Below, piece by piece: positions 45,504-60,633 of a stretch of 64,000 bases of DNA. The stretch comes from a bacterium. Its GTDB lineage: Bacteria; UBA8248. A program made the translations under genes and the position numbers. The DNA is taken from positions 3,968,001 through 4,032,000 of the forward strand of contig CBDBZU010000004.1 in assembly GCA_965213625.1 (NCBI GenBank), written 5' to 3'. The notes below the pieces were generated by a model. The model was not told where the DNA came from, made no database searches, and was given only the letters and a program-made list of their open reading frames with translations. The number at the start of each line of letters is the position of its first letter. The stretch's first letter is position 1.

Positions 45504-47915
45504 TCAAGAGCGAAGTCGCGCACCTAGGCGCGCGCTCAAGGCCCCTACGATTCCATCGAAGGCCTCGCTGACCTGCTCGTCGGTGAGCGTCGCTTCGGAG
45601 TGACGGAATACAAGCGAATACGCCAGGCTCTTCTCCCCCGAGTCCTTGAGAGCAGCATCCTGGTAGACATCGAACAGATGCACCGACTCGAGCCAGTCTC
45701 CACCCGCCTGGTGGATGACATCCTCGATCTCCCCATTGGTCCGCACGGCATCCACTACGACCGCCAGATCGCGCAGCGAAGCCGGGTACCTCGGCAAGGG
45801 CGTCAGGCGGCGAGGGGCGGGGTCGATTTCGGCCAAAGCGGCGAGGTTTATCTCGAAAGCGGCTACACCCGTTTCGATATCCCAGACGCCCAGCGCCTCG
45901 GGCGCCACCAAACCAACGTGGCCGAGCGCCACCTCACCGGCCAGAACCTTCGAAACCGCCGACGGCTCCCAGCCCGGAGCGGCGTCGACCGATTCGAACA
46001 GGAGGTCCTCCAGCCCCAGGGATTCCAGGAATCGCTCAAGCACCCCTTTGAGTTCAGACAAAGCCTCCGGAAGCGAGACGTCATCCCGAGACGCCGCGCT
46101 CCCCACTACGACGCCGGCCAAACGCAACATCTGACCCGGCAAGGCTTCTCCATTCGCGGGATGAAACGAGCGTCCCAACTCGAACAGGCGAATCTCGTCC
46201 ACTCCCCGGCTCAGGTTGTGCGCCACGTTCGCCAGCAAACCGGCAACCAGCGTTGTCCTGAGCATGTCCATCTCGCCGCTCAGCGGATTGCGCAGCGCCA
46301 CCATCTGCTCATCGCGCCACCCCATGCTCTGCAGGGACTCTCTGCTGATAAAGCTGTAGTTGAGCGCCTCGCTGAACCCGCCGGCCACCATGATACGGCG
46401 CGCCTGAAGTTCCAGAGTGCGGGTGCGCGTCGGTCTTGCGGCAGGGTTTCCCGAAGCCGGCAGGGTGGCGGGAATGTTCTCGTAGCCCACCCTTCTGGCC
46501 ACTTCTTCGATGAGGTCGATCTCGCGTTCGATGTCGGGCCGGAAGGTGGGGACTTCGACGCTGAAAACGCCGTCTTCTTTATCACTCACAAGGAGTCCCA
46601 AGGATGCGAGGCTCTCCCTCACGCGGGGGCCGTCCAGGGATACGCCGAGCAGGCTCGATGCGCGCGCCACACGAATCGGCACCTGCTTTGGCGCTACCGG
46701 CGCCGGATGCGCGTCCACGGCCCCTTGGGCGATTACGCCTCCCGCCGTCTGGCGGATCAGTTCGGCGGCCAGATCCGCAGCGCGAACCGTGCCCGAGGGG
46801 TCCACCCCGCGCTCGAAGCGATACGACGCCTCCGTGGACATGCCCAGACGCCTGCGGGTGCGGCGGATGGTCTGGGGCGTGAAATAGGCGCTCTCGAGAA
46901 GGATGTCGCGGGTGTCGTCGCTCACCTCGGAGAAGAGCCCTCCCATCACCCCGCCGATGGCGACGGGCTTTTTATCGTCGCAGATCATGAGGTCCTCACT
47001 GTCCATCTCGCGCTTTTGTCCGTCGAGCGTTGTGAACGGGCCGTCGCTCTCGGCCCACCTTCTCACGATGATTTTTTGCTCGGCCAGGCGGTGCAAGTCG
47101 AACGCGTGGAGCGGCTGACCCTGAGAGAGCATTACATAGTTCGTCACGTCGACCACGTTGTTGATCGGCCGCATCCCCGCCGCTCTCAAGCGCCGCGCCA
47201 TCCAGCCGGGCGATGAGCCGATCTGCACCCCCTGGATAATGCGTGCTGCGTAGCGCGGGCATTTGTCCGGGTCCCATATCTCCACCGCGCAGACCGAAGC
47301 CGCGGATGTACTCTCATCCTCTTTGACGGTGATATCAGGCGCTCTGAGCGAGGTCCCCAAAAGAGCCGACGCCTCGCGCGCCACGCCCAGGACGGAGAGG
47401 CAATCCGCGCGGTTCGGCGTAATCGAGATGTCGAAAATCACGTCGTTCAGCCCGAGAAGCTCAGCCGCGTCGCTCCCGATGGCGGGCCCATCCCCAAGCA
47501 CCATGATGCCGCTATGGTCCGTGCCCAGACCGAGTTCGCGCTCCGAGCAGATCATCCCCTCGCTCTGCTCGCCGCGAATGCGCGCGATTTCTACCTTCAT
47601 CCCCCCCGGCATCCGCACACCAGGGGTGGCTAGGACGACACGTCGGCCAGCCGCAACGTTGGGCGCGCCACAGACCACGGAGCGCTCTCCTGCGCCATCC
47701 GCCACGCGGCAAAGTTTGAGCCTGTCCGCGTTGGGATGAGGGTCCACGGACAAGACTTCAGCCACCACCAGCCCGTCGAACGACGCTTCGGGTCGCTCAA
47801 GCGCCTCGACTTCCAGACCTGCGAGCAGAAGCCCGTTCGCGAGGCGTTCGGGCAGATCGGCATCCTCCAAGTCCAGGTCGATAAAATCGGCGAGCCATTC
47901 CAGGCTAATCCGCAT
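45504..47915 (-). CDS. pheT: Phenylalanine--tRNA ligase beta subunit
   Basis: HPNADRL, VCGAPN, TPNRADCLS, RFERGVD, DLIEEVAR and a C-terminal FDX-ACB domain. Confidence 0.98.
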   Translation of the reverse strand: MRISLEWLADFIDLDLEDADLPERLANGLLLAGLEVEALERPEASFDGLVVAEVLSVDPHPNADRLKLCRVADGAGERSVVCGAPNVAAGRRVVLATPGVRMPGGMKVEIARIRGEQSEGMICSERELGLGTDHSGIMVLGDGPAIGSDAAELLGLNDVIFDISITPNRADCLSVLGVAREASALLGTSLRAPDITVKEDESTSAASVCAVEIWDPDKCPRYAARIIQGVQIGSSPGWMARRLRAAGMRPINNVVDVTNYVMLSQGQPLHAFDLHRLAEQKIIVRRWAESDGPFTTLDGQKREMDSEDLMICDDKKPVAIGGVMGGLFSEVSDDTRDILLESAYFTPQTIRRTRRRLGMSTEASYRFERGVDPSGTVRAADLAAELIRQTAGGVIAQGAVDAHPAPVAPKQVPIRVARASSLLGVSLDGPRVRESLASLGLLVSDKEDGVFSVEVPTFRPDIEREIDLIEEVARRVGYENIPATLPASGNPAARPTRTRTLELQARRIMVAGGFSEALNYSFISRESLQSMGWRDEQMVALRNPLSGEMDMLRTTLVAGLLANVAHNLSRGVDEIRLFELGRSFHPANGEALPGQMLRLAGVVVGSAASRDDVSLPEALSELKGVLERFLESLGLEDLLFESVDAAPGWEPSAVSKVLAGEVALGHVGLVAPEALGVWDIETGVAAFEINLAALAEIDPAPRRLTPLPRYPASLRDLAVVVDAVRTNGEIEDVIHQAGGDWLESVHLFDVYQDAALKDSGEKSLAYSLVFRHSEATLTDEQVSEAFDGIVGALSARLGARLRS

Positions 47916-47948
47916 CTGGGTTCCTCATCGCGCGTTTAAACCGGATAA

Positions 47949-49061
47949 TCAGAATTGCCGCAGCATTCTCAAATCGTTCTCAAAGAAAAGACGGATATCG
48001 CTGATGCCGTAGCGCAGCATTGTGATGCGCTCCACGCCCAGCCCCCAGGCGAATCCGGTCCACCGCTCGGGGTCATACCCCACCGCCTCGAAGACCGCCG
48101 GGTCCACCATGCCTGCGCCCAAAACTTCCATCCACTCCCCGCCGGCCACATACTCGCTGGCGATGTCCACTTCGACGCTCGGCTCGGTGAACGGGAAGAA
48201 GCTGGGCCTCAGCCGCACGCGGTATTCAGGCCCGAAGATTTCGCGCACGAAAGCCTCGAGCGTTCCCTTCAAGTCGGCGAACGTTACGCCTTCATCCACG
48301 TACAGGCCCTCGATCTGGTGAAACATGGGCGAATGCGTGACATCGGCGTCGCATCGAAAAACCTTGCCTGGGGCGATGACCTTCACAGGCGGCGGCTGAC
48401 TCTCCATCACCCGAATCTGGACGGGCGAGGTGTGCGTGCGCAAAAGAGCGTCGCCGGCGAGATAAAACGTGTCCTGCATGTCGCGCGCGGGGTGGTCCTT
48501 GGGGATGTTCAGGGCTTCAAAGTTATAGTAATCGAGTTCCGCCTCCGGGCCTTCGGCAACGGAATAGCCCAGGCGCGTGAGCACCTCGATCAAATCCTCC
48601 ATCGTCTGCACGAGCGGGTGCTCGTAACCGATGAGCGGGGCGCGTCCTGGAATCGTGAGGTCGAGCCGCGAGCGTGAAGTATCGGCGGCTTCCCCGGCGG
48701 CGAGAATCTCGCTCGTCCTTTGCTCGATCATCTCGCCCAACGCGCCACCCTCTTCCCTGCCACTCAGGCGCTCGCCGAGGGTGCGGTGCGCTTCGATTAT
48801 CTTATCCTTGTCATCTTCCTTGATGGCCGAAACGCTCGCCTCGATGTAGGCGCGAACCGAGTTGGCCAGCGGACCCACAATGCGCTTCTCCTCGGCGGAC
48901 AGATCCTTGAGGCCCCGCATCACCTCATTGAGTTCACCGCCCTTGCGGCCCAGGTAGCGGATGCGCACTCCCTCGGCCGCGCCTGCGTCGCGAGCGGCCC
49001 AGGCGTCTGACAAGACGCCAGAGGATTCACGGATAATGCCGACAAGCAGGTCTTCGCTCAT
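47949..49061 (-). CDS. pheS: Phenylalanine--tRNA ligase alpha subunit
   Basis: HPARDMQDTF, LRTHTSPVQ, FHQIEG, FPFTEPS and GLGVER. Confidence 0.98.
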   Translation of the reverse strand: MSEDLLVGIIRESSGVLSDAWAARDAGAAEGVRIRYLGRKGGELNEVMRGLKDLSAEEKRIVGPLANSVRAYIEASVSAIKEDDKDKIIEAHRTLGERLSGREEGGALGEMIEQRTSEILAAGEAADTSRSRLDLTIPGRAPLIGYEHPLVQTMEDLIEVLTRLGYSVAEGPEAELDYYNFEALNIPKDHPARDMQDTFYLAGDALLRTHTSPVQIRVMESQPPPVKVIAPGKVFRCDADVTHSPMFHQIEGLYVDEGVTFADLKGTLEAFVREIFGPEYRVRLRPSFFPFTEPSVEVDIASEYVAGGEWMEVLGAGMVDPAVFEAVGYDPERWTGFAWGLGVERITMLRYGISDIRLFFENDLRMLRQF

Positions 49062-49097
49062 GCTCGTTCCTCAATCCCCATTCTTACGGGGCCGCAT

Positions 49098-49128
49098 AAA
49101 AAAGGCCCCACCCGGCAGGGTGGAGCCT
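49098..49128 (-). terminator. Intrinsic terminator between rplT and pheS
   Basis: AGGCUCCACCC-UGCC-GGGUGGGGCCU followed by a U-tract. Confidence 0.75.
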
Positions 49129-49151
49129 GAAGCACTTTTTCTCGCCCGGCT

Positions 49152-49508
49152 CTAGGCGGCCTGCGCCTTGGCGATTTCCACGAGTTTGCCGAATGCCTGG
49201 GGGTCCTCTATCGCCAATTCGGCCAGAATCTTGCGGTTCACTTCCACGCCCGCCTGGCCCAGCCCCCAGATGAAACGGCTGTAATTGAGACCATGCAGAC
49301 GGGCCGCCGCATTGATGCGAACATTCCAAAGACGCCTGAACTCGCGCTTGCGCACCCGGCGGTCGCGGTAGGCGTAGGCGCGGGCGCGATGCACGGACTC
49401 CCGCGCGGAGCGGAACCGCTTCGAGCGCGCGCCCCGGTAGCCCTTCGCTTCCTTGAGAATCCTGCGATGTCGTTCCCTGCTCGCCGGTTTTCCTGTCGAA
49501 CGCGGCAT
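49152..49508 (-). CDS. rplT: 50S ribosomal protein L20
   Basis: [24 protein letters not shown] and RINAAAR. Confidence 0.98.
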   Translation of the reverse strand: MPRSTGKPASRERHRRILKEAKGYRGARSKRFRSARESVHRARAYAYRDRRVRKREFRRLWNVRINAAARLHGLNYSRFIWGLGQAGVEVNRKILAELAIEDPQAFGKLVEIAKAQAA

Positions 49509-49658
49509 GATTCGGTTACTCCCCTAATCAATGAATATCTTCCATTTACTCGGTGGCCGCTTCGAATTCTCAAGCAATTCCGGCGACCGACCGAGGGAAT
49601 ATACCCGCACGCACGGATGACCGCAAGCCCGAAATGACAAATGAGGAAAAGGGAGGTG

Positions 49659-49808
49659 TTACTTTCGGGCGCGCCTGATGGTGCGCCTGAGAATTATGGC
49701 AAAGATAAGGACCGCCCCTGCAGCATAAGGATATTCACCCACCATTGACCCGATGCCGCCCAATATCGACTTGATAAAGTCATTCAGAGCGCCAACCGGA
49801 TTGCTCAT
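49659..49808 (-). CDS. Unannotated 49-aa membrane microprotein between rpmI and rplT
   Basis: GGAG RBS then MSNPVGALNDFIKSILGGIGSMVGEYPYAAGAVLIFAIILRRTIRRARK*; below the ORF-track cutoff. Confidence 0.6.
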   Translation of the reverse strand: MSNPVGALNDFIKSILGGIGSMVGEYPYAAGAVLIFAIILRRTIRRARK

Positions 49809-49893
49809 TGCTTCGCTACTCCACTCCGGCGAAATGAAGGCGCAGTGTCACTCGCGCGCCCGGATCGAAGCCATCACCATATCTGCAAAAAGG

Positions 49894-50091
49894 CTACATG
49901 TAAGGTATCAGCCGCTTGATCATCTTCGCATCCGTGGAATTCGCGATGATGCTGTGGCGGAGTTCTCTTTTTCTTTTCGTCGACTTCTTCGTCAGTATAT
50001 GACGGTGATGAGAGCGGTTGCGCTTCACCTTGCCCGTGGCCGTTATCTTGAAACGCTTGGCCGCTCCGCGGTTCGTCTTCATCTTAGGCAT
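49894..50091 (-). CDS. rpmI: 50S ribosomal protein L35
   Basis: [21 protein letters not shown]. Confidence 0.98.
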   Translation of the reverse strand: MPKMKTNRGAAKRFKITATGKVKRNRSHHRHILTKKSTKRKRELRHSIIANSTDAKMIKRLIPYM

Positions 50092-50788
50092 CTTCTTTCA
50101 CTTCTCCTTCGGATTTCCCGTCATCCGCCCCGTCAGCCGGGCTGATATCAATGTCCGCTCCCTTGAGCGCATCGGCCAGAGGAGCCGTCAGTTTTCCATC
50201 GTCCACCGAGACTTCTTCGGCTTTCCTGCCGGATTTCTTGCGCGGCGTTGTATCCTTTTTGGGCGGTTTTGTCGATTTCGGCGCGAGAACCATCGTCATG
50301 TTGCGTCCCTCGAGGTTGGGGAACTGCTCCACCGTGCCGATTTCGATGAGTTCGTTCGCCATTCTCTCCAAGAGTTTTCGCCCCAGTTCGGGGTGGGTAA
50401 CCTCGCGTCCGCGAAACATGATGGTGACCTTCGCCTTGTTCCCGTCGTTCAAAAACCGCTCCGCGTGTTTTCTCTTGATCGCGTAGTCATGCTCTTCAAT
50501 CTTGATGCGAAGCTTGACCTCTTTCACCTCCACCACGCGCTGTTTCTTCTTGGCTTCCTGCGCCTTTTTCTGCTGCGTGTACTTGTAGCGGCCGAGGTCC
50601 ATGATCTTGCAAACGGGCGGGTCCGCGTTGGGAGATACCTCGACGAGGTCCAGATCCCTGTCCTCTGCGGCCTCCACCGCCTCCTCCACGGGGAGTACGC
50701 CGAGCTGCTGACCGTCCTCGTCGATGACCCGCACCATCGGTACGCGTATGTCCCGGTTGGCTCTGGGGCCTGTGGCCGTCGGGTGAAT
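50084..50788 (-). CDS. infC: Translation initiation factor IF-3 (probable ATT start; C-terminal extension)
   Basis: [27 protein letters not shown] and FRGRE. AGAGG precedes an in-frame ATT at 50788; an alternative ATG is at 50815. Confidence 0.95.
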   Translation of the reverse strand: MHPTATGPRANRDIRVPMVRVIDEDGQQLGVLPVEEAVEAAEDRDLDLVEVSPNADPPVCKIMDLGRYKYTQQKKAQEAKKKQRVVEVKEVKLRIKIEEHDYAIKRKHAERFLNDGNKAKVTIMFRGREVTHPELGRKLLERMANELIEIGTVEQFPNLEGRNMTMVLAPKSTKPPKKDTTPRKKSGRKAEEVSVDDGKLTAPLADALKGADIDISPADGADDGKSEGEVKEDA

Positions 50789-50816
50789 ATCCCGTCCTCT
50801 GAAGCGTGACGCCATA

Positions 50817-52694
50817 TCAGACTGCTCCCGCGGTGAGTGATTTGTTATCGATGTCGCTTCGCATTCTCTGCATAAGTTCCTCCAATGAGATGGACCCCAC
50901 GTCGCCTTGTTCGCGAAGCCTCAAGGAAACTTCTCCCGTTTCCGCTTCGCGCGCGCCGAGGATGAGCATGTACGGTATCTTGTCTCTCTGGGCTTCCCTT
51001 ATTTTATACCCAATCTTCTCATTTCGGAAATCCCCCTCAGCGCGGAAGCCGGCGGCGAGCAGCTTGCTCTCCACCTCGCGGCCGTAGGGAATGTGATCGT
51101 CAGTGATCGTCATGAGGCGCGCCTGCTCAGGCGCGAGCCAGGTCGGGAACGCGCCCGCGTAGTGTTCGATCAGCCCTCCCACGAAGCGCTCCATCGAACC
51201 CATGACGGTTCTGTGGATCATGATGACCTTGTGGCGCGCGCCGTCCGCGCCGACGTAGTTGAGATCGAAACGCTTGGGCAGGTTGAAGTCGAACTGGATG
51301 GTGGGCCCCTGCCAGCCGCGGCCCAGGGCGTCGCGCATCTTGATGTCGATTTTCGGGCCGTAGAACGCCGCCTCGCCCTCGATGCGCTTATAAGAGATGT
51401 TCCGCTTCTCGAGCGCGCGGGTGAGCGCCTCCTCCGCCGCCTCCCAGTCCTCGAGCACGCCGGCGTACTTGCTGAAATCGGAAGAATCGTGCACCGAGAG
51501 TTCGGTCTCGAACTCCGCATACCCGAATGTATTCAGCATGTAGTGCGCCAGATCGATGACGCCCAGCACCTCGTCTTCGGCCTGTTCCGGCGTGCAGAAG
51601 ATGTGCGCGTCGTCCTGGGTGAAGCCCCGCACCCGGAGCATGCCGTGAAGCGCGCCGCTTCGCTCGTAGCGGTAGACCGTGCCCAGTTCCGCCAGTCGGT
51701 AGGGCAGATCGCGGTAGCTGTGTATCTTCTGCTGATAGATGAGGATGTGGCCCGGGCAGTTCATGGGCTTCAGGACGTATTCATCCTCGTCGATGTTCAG
51801 GACATACATGTTTTCCCGATAAAAATCATAATGACCCGAGGTCTTGAAGAGCACGTCGCGCGTAATGTGGGGGATGGAGACGAGCTGGTAGCCGCGCTTC
51901 ACGTGTTCATCTTCCCAGAAGCGCTCGATCACCTTTTTGACCGTCGTGCCACGGGGCTGCCAGTAGATGAGGCCGCCGCCCGCATCCTCATCGACCAGGA
52001 AGATGCCGAGTTGCTTGCCGATGACGCGGTGGTCTCTCTTTTTCGCGTCCTCGAGCTTTTGCAGATGATCGGCCAAGCCATCTTTCGTCGCAAAGGCGGT
52101 GCCGTAGATGCGCTGTAGCATCTTGTTCTTCTCGTCGCCGCGCCAGTAGGCGCCCGCCACGCTCAGGAGCTTGAAGTTGCGCAGCCAGCCCGTGCCGGGC
52201 ACGTGCGGCCCACGGCAGAGATCCACAAAATCGCCCTGGCGGTAGATGGAAAGCGCCTCGTCCTCGGGCAGGTCGTGGATCATCTCTATCTTGTAGTTCT
52301 CGCCCCTTTCCTCGAAAAGGGACAATGCGTCTTCGCGGGAGATGTCCTCGCGCTCGATGGCGTATTTCTTCTTGGCGAGTTTTTTCATTCTCGCCTGAAT
52401 CGACTTCAAATCCTCGGGCGTGAAGGTGACGTCGACGTCGATGTCGTAATAAAACCCGTTTTCGATCGGGGGGCCGATAGTGAGCTGCGCGCCCGGGTAG
52501 AGTTCCTGCACGGCCTGGGCCATGAGGTGCGCCGTGCTGTGGCGCAGAATCTCCAAGCCCTCCTCGGAATCGAGGAGGATGAACTCCGGCTCGGCGTCGT
52601 CGGGAAGGCCGCGATTCAAATCAACGGGCGCGCCGTCAATCTTCTGCGCGATGGCGTCTTTGGGTAAGTCTTTTTGCTTGGTTTGCTGAGACAT
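50817..52694 (-). CDS. thrS: Threonine--tRNA ligase
   Basis: RHSTAHLMAQA, DLCRGPH, KPMNCP, LRVRGFTQDDAH and GSMERF. Confidence 0.99.
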   Translation of the reverse strand: MSQQTKQKDLPKDAIAQKIDGAPVDLNRGLPDDAEPEFILLDSEEGLEILRHSTAHLMAQAVQELYPGAQLTIGPPIENGFYYDIDVDVTFTPEDLKSIQARMKKLAKKKYAIEREDISREDALSLFEERGENYKIEMIHDLPEDEALSIYRQGDFVDLCRGPHVPGTGWLRNFKLLSVAGAYWRGDEKNKMLQRIYGTAFATKDGLADHLQKLEDAKKRDHRVIGKQLGIFLVDEDAGGGLIYWQPRGTTVKKVIERFWEDEHVKRGYQLVSIPHITRDVLFKTSGHYDFYRENMYVLNIDEDEYVLKPMNCPGHILIYQQKIHSYRDLPYRLAELGTVYRYERSGALHGMLRVRGFTQDDAHIFCTPEQAEDEVLGVIDLAHYMLNTFGYAEFETELSVHDSSDFSKYAGVLEDWEAAEEALTRALEKRNISYKRIEGEAAFYGPKIDIKMRDALGRGWQGPTIQFDFNLPKRFDLNYVGADGARHKVIMIHRTVMGSMERFVGGLIEHYAGAFPTWLAPEQARLMTITDDHIPYGREVESKLLAAGFRAEGDFRNEKIGYKIREAQRDKIPYMLILGAREAETGEVSLRLREQGDVGSISLEELMQRMRSDIDNKSLTAGAV

Positions 52695-52788
52695 AAACGG
52701 GCGTTGGCTGGCGCCGCAATCTCCTCTTGTAGTTCCTCGAATTATCCACGCGATGGGGCGGCGATTCGCCTCATCGTCAATTCCAAAT

Positions 52789-52863
52789 TGGTAGGCGCGG
52801 GCGGTTTTGAACCGCCGACCTCTTGCGTGTCAAGCAAGCGCTCTCCCCCTGAGCTACGCGCCT
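52789..52863 (-). tRNA. tRNA-Val(GAC)
   Basis: AGGCGCGTAGCTCAGGGGGAGAGCGCTTGCTTGACACGCAAGAGGTCGGCGGTTCAAAACCGCCCGCGCCTACCA; cloverleaf with encoded CCA. Confidence 0.97.
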
Positions 52864-52889
52864 TAGTCCGGTATATCCAATATAGTGAA

Positions 52890-52919
52890 ATGATAGGAAA
52901 GCGGCCCGCGCATTGTCAA
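52890..52919 (-). promoter_or_regulatory. sigma70 promoter for tRNA-Val/thrS
   Basis: TTGACA-18-TATCAT. Confidence 0.7.
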
Positions 52920-53075
52920 CGCGCGATTTCCACTCGTCGTTGAAAAATAACTCCCCTCATGAAAAAAACCAACCCGCCGCCGTGGATCGGACTCTTCAAA
53001 AGCCGCGTGAGGCAGTCCCCGCGGCCCCAGGCTCACGAAACGCTCAACTGACGGAGAGATGATGCGGGAGATGAC

Positions 53076-54317
<1,242 letters not shown>

Positions 54318-54369
54318 CGATCATTCCCCCTCGGTGAAGAGCACTTCCAAAAACGAATCCCGCTTCCTG

Positions 54370-55020
54370 CTAGGAGCCGTTGTTCTCCTCATTCGTGCCG
54401 TCATCGCCGCCGACGTCCGGTATGCCGCCTATTGAATCCGAGCGCGCGATAATCACGTCGTCGAGCAAGCCGTAGTCCTTCGCTTGTTCGGCCGTCATAA
54501 AATTATCACGATCGGTGTCTTTTTCAATCTTCTTGATCGACTGACCGGAGTGTCTCGCGAGAATGTCGTTCAGTTCTTCGCGCATGCGGAGAATCTCGCG
54601 CGCCTGGATGTCGATGTCGCTCGCCTGTCCCTGAACGCCGCCCAGGGGCTGATGGATCAGGATGCGCGAGTTGGGCAGGGCGTAGCGCTTGCCCTTGGCG
54701 CCCGCCGTCAGCAGGAGCGCGCCCATGCTCGCCGCCTGGCCGATGCAGATGGTCGAAACGTCGGGCTTGATGTACTGCATCGTGTCGTAAATCGCTAGAC
54801 CCGCCGTGACGGCCCCGCCCGGGCTGTTCACGTACATGGCGATGTCGCGTTCGGGTTCCTCCGCCTCCAGGAAAAGCAGCTGGGCCGTCACGAGGTTCGC
54901 GATGGTGTCGTCTATCGCCGTGCCCAGAAAGATGATTCTCTCCTTGAGCAGGCGGCTGTAGATGTCATACGCCCGCTCGCCTCTGTTCGTCTGTTCCACC
55001 ACCATGGGTACGAGTGCCAC
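54370..55020 (-). CDS. clpP: ATP-dependent Clp protease proteolytic subunit
   Basis: DIYSRLL, NSPGG, GQAASMG and IHQP. Confidence 0.99.
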   Translation of the reverse strand: MALVPMVVEQTNRGERAYDIYSRLLKERIIFLGTAIDDTIANLVTAQLLFLEAEEPERDIAMYVNSPGGAVTAGLAIYDTMQYIKPDVSTICIGQAASMGALLLTAGAKGKRYALPNSRILIHQPLGGVQGQASDIDIQAREILRMREELNDILARHSGQSIKKIEKDTDRDNFMTAEQAKDYGLLDDVIIARSDSIGGIPDVGGDDGTNEENNGS

Positions 55021-55023
55021 TTT

Positions 55024-56400
55024 TTATCCATCCTCTTTCGAATCGCCGGCTGGCGCTTGCTCCTCCCTCGCCTCCTCCTCGGAGTCGTGGGAATGCGCTT
55101 CATGGTCGGCGGCATCGTGAACGTCGAATTCCACGTCGGCCTGATCATAGAGCCAACTCACCGTCTTGTTGTAGTTGATGTTCGAGACGAGCGAAGACAT
55201 CGCCCCGGTCGTCATCATTCTCTCGCGAAGTTTCTCGGGCGTCATGCCGTAGCGCGCGGCCGAGACTCTGAGCTGCGCCTCGACCTCCTCGGCGCTCGCC
55301 TCGATCTCCTCGGCCTCCCGGATGCGCTCCACGAGGATGAGCCGGCGCACTTGCTCCTCGGCCTGGGGTCTCACCTCCTCGCGCAACTCCTCGATCCTGG
55401 CTTCGGAAAGCTGAACGTCGGGGTTCTCCTGGCGCATCCTGCGCTCGTATTCACGAATCTGCTCATCCGCCTCCCCCTTGACCAGCGTCGGAGGCACCTC
55501 GAATGGATGCGCTTCCAAGAGAGCGGCCAGAAGCTCGGAGATTCCGTGTCCGCGCGCATTGGAATCCTCCATGGATTCCATCTCTTTGACGACGTCCGCC
55601 CGCAAATCCTCCGTGCTCGTGTAGCCTCTCCCTAAGGATTTCACGAATTCCTCATCCAGCTCGGGCGGATGCGCTTCCTTGATCTCTTTCAGATGCAGGT
55701 GGAACCGCAAGCTCTTGCCCGCAATGTTGGGCGAGGCGCCCTCGGGAACGTCGACTTCGACATCCGCCTCCTCGCCTATCTTCATGCCGGTGAGCGCGTC
55801 GCTCAACTCCTTTTCGCTCTCATCGCCGCCGATCATGAGGGCCTGGTTCTCTCCCCGGGTGCCGGGCACGGAGGCATCGTCTTCGAAACCCTCGATGTCG
55901 AAGAGAACGTAATCTCCCGCCCGGGCTTCCCTGTCCACGTCCTCGAACGTGGCGGCCCGCTGCCGGAGGGCCTCAATTTGCTTGTCGACCATCTCGTCCG
56001 TCACCGTTTGGCGGTGGACCTTGACATTGAGCCCCTTGTACTCGCCGAGTTCGAAGGGGGGGATGACCTCCACCGTCGCCTTGTAAGTCAACTCGGGCGC
56101 GTCGTCGTCCATATTGATGTCGGTCACGTTCGGCTCGCCCACCGGACGCATGCCCCTGTCTTCCAGGAGGCTGCGGTAGGAAGTCGATATCACGTGGTTC
56201 AGCACCTCCGCCTGCACCTCCTCGCCGTAGTAGCGCTCGAGCACGCGGCGGGGGATTTTCCCCTTCCGGAAACCCTTCATCTTGACGCGCCCCGAGAGCC
56301 GCCTGTAGGCGCGCTCTATCTCGTCGGCGACCTCCGTGCGCGGAACGGCGACTTCGAGACGCTTCGTGCAGGCGTCGATGTCGCTCACTGTACCGGTCAT
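55024..56400 (-). CDS. tig: Trigger factor
   Basis: Ribosome-binding motif GFRKGKIP; tig-clpP-clpX synteny. Confidence 0.97.
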   Translation of the reverse strand: MTGTVSDIDACTKRLEVAVPRTEVADEIERAYRRLSGRVKMKGFRKGKIPRRVLERYYGEEVQAEVLNHVISTSYRSLLEDRGMRPVGEPNVTDINMDDDAPELTYKATVEVIPPFELGEYKGLNVKVHRQTVTDEMVDKQIEALRQRAATFEDVDREARAGDYVLFDIEGFEDDASVPGTRGENQALMIGGDESEKELSDALTGMKIGEEADVEVDVPEGASPNIAGKSLRFHLHLKEIKEAHPPELDEEFVKSLGRGYTSTEDLRADVVKEMESMEDSNARGHGISELLAALLEAHPFEVPPTLVKGEADEQIREYERRMRQENPDVQLSEARIEELREEVRPQAEEQVRRLILVERIREAEEIEASAEEVEAQLRVSAARYGMTPEKLRERMMTTGAMSSLVSNINYNKTVSWLYDQADVEFDVHDAADHEAHSHDSEEEAREEQAPAGDSKEDG

Positions 56401-56460
56401 GCTTCACTCTCCAGAATCAAAACGAAATCAAAATCGAACATCATGAATAATCAAGGCATT

Positions 56461-56545
56461 TGGTGCGAAGGGGGGGACTCGAACCCCCACGCCCGAAGGC
56501 ACTGGAACCTAAATCCAGCGCGTCTACCAGTTCCGCCACCCTCGC
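56461..56545 (-). tRNA. tRNA-Leu(TAG)
   Basis: GCGAGGGTGGCGGAACTGGTAGACGCGCTGGATTTAGGTTCCAGTGCCTTCGGGCGTGGGGGTTCGAGTCCCCCCCTTCGCACCA; long variable arm. Confidence 0.97.
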
Positions 56546-56636
56546 ATCCCCTTGGCGAGCAAAGGCTTATACTCGAAAATCACTGCCGAATCCACCGCCC
56601 ACCGAGAGTCCCACGGGCCGGGATTCTGCGACTCTC

Positions 56637-56665
56637 AATCTAGTCGCACAGGGGCGGGCCGTCAA
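56637..56665 (-). promoter_or_regulatory. sigma70 promoter for tRNA-Leu/tig
   Basis: TTGACG-17-TAGATT. Confidence 0.6.
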
Positions 56666-56723
56666 CGGGGAAATCCCAACGCGGCCATCCGTCCGGGCGT
56701 GATGCGCGATGTGGAAAAGAAAG

Positions 56724-60497
<3,774 letters not shown>

Positions 60498-60633
60498 AAA
60501 CCACCTCGATTCAAACGCTTAAAGGTTCAATCCCGAACCAAAGGATGGTTATAAGAGATTTTCCGGCGCGAGCAAAGCGTGAGATTTTGATAGTGAGATT
60601 AGAAAGAGGTGAATAAACAGAAACGAACTACCC

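Noticed and set aside
49062-49151. pheM-like attenuator leader or T-box before pheS
   Set aside because: Only a terminator hairpin is present, with no Phe-rich leader ORF or T-box motif.
60498-60633. SAM or cobalamin riboswitch upstream of metH
   Set aside because: The spacer is short and AT-rich, without recognisable S-box or B12-box motifs.
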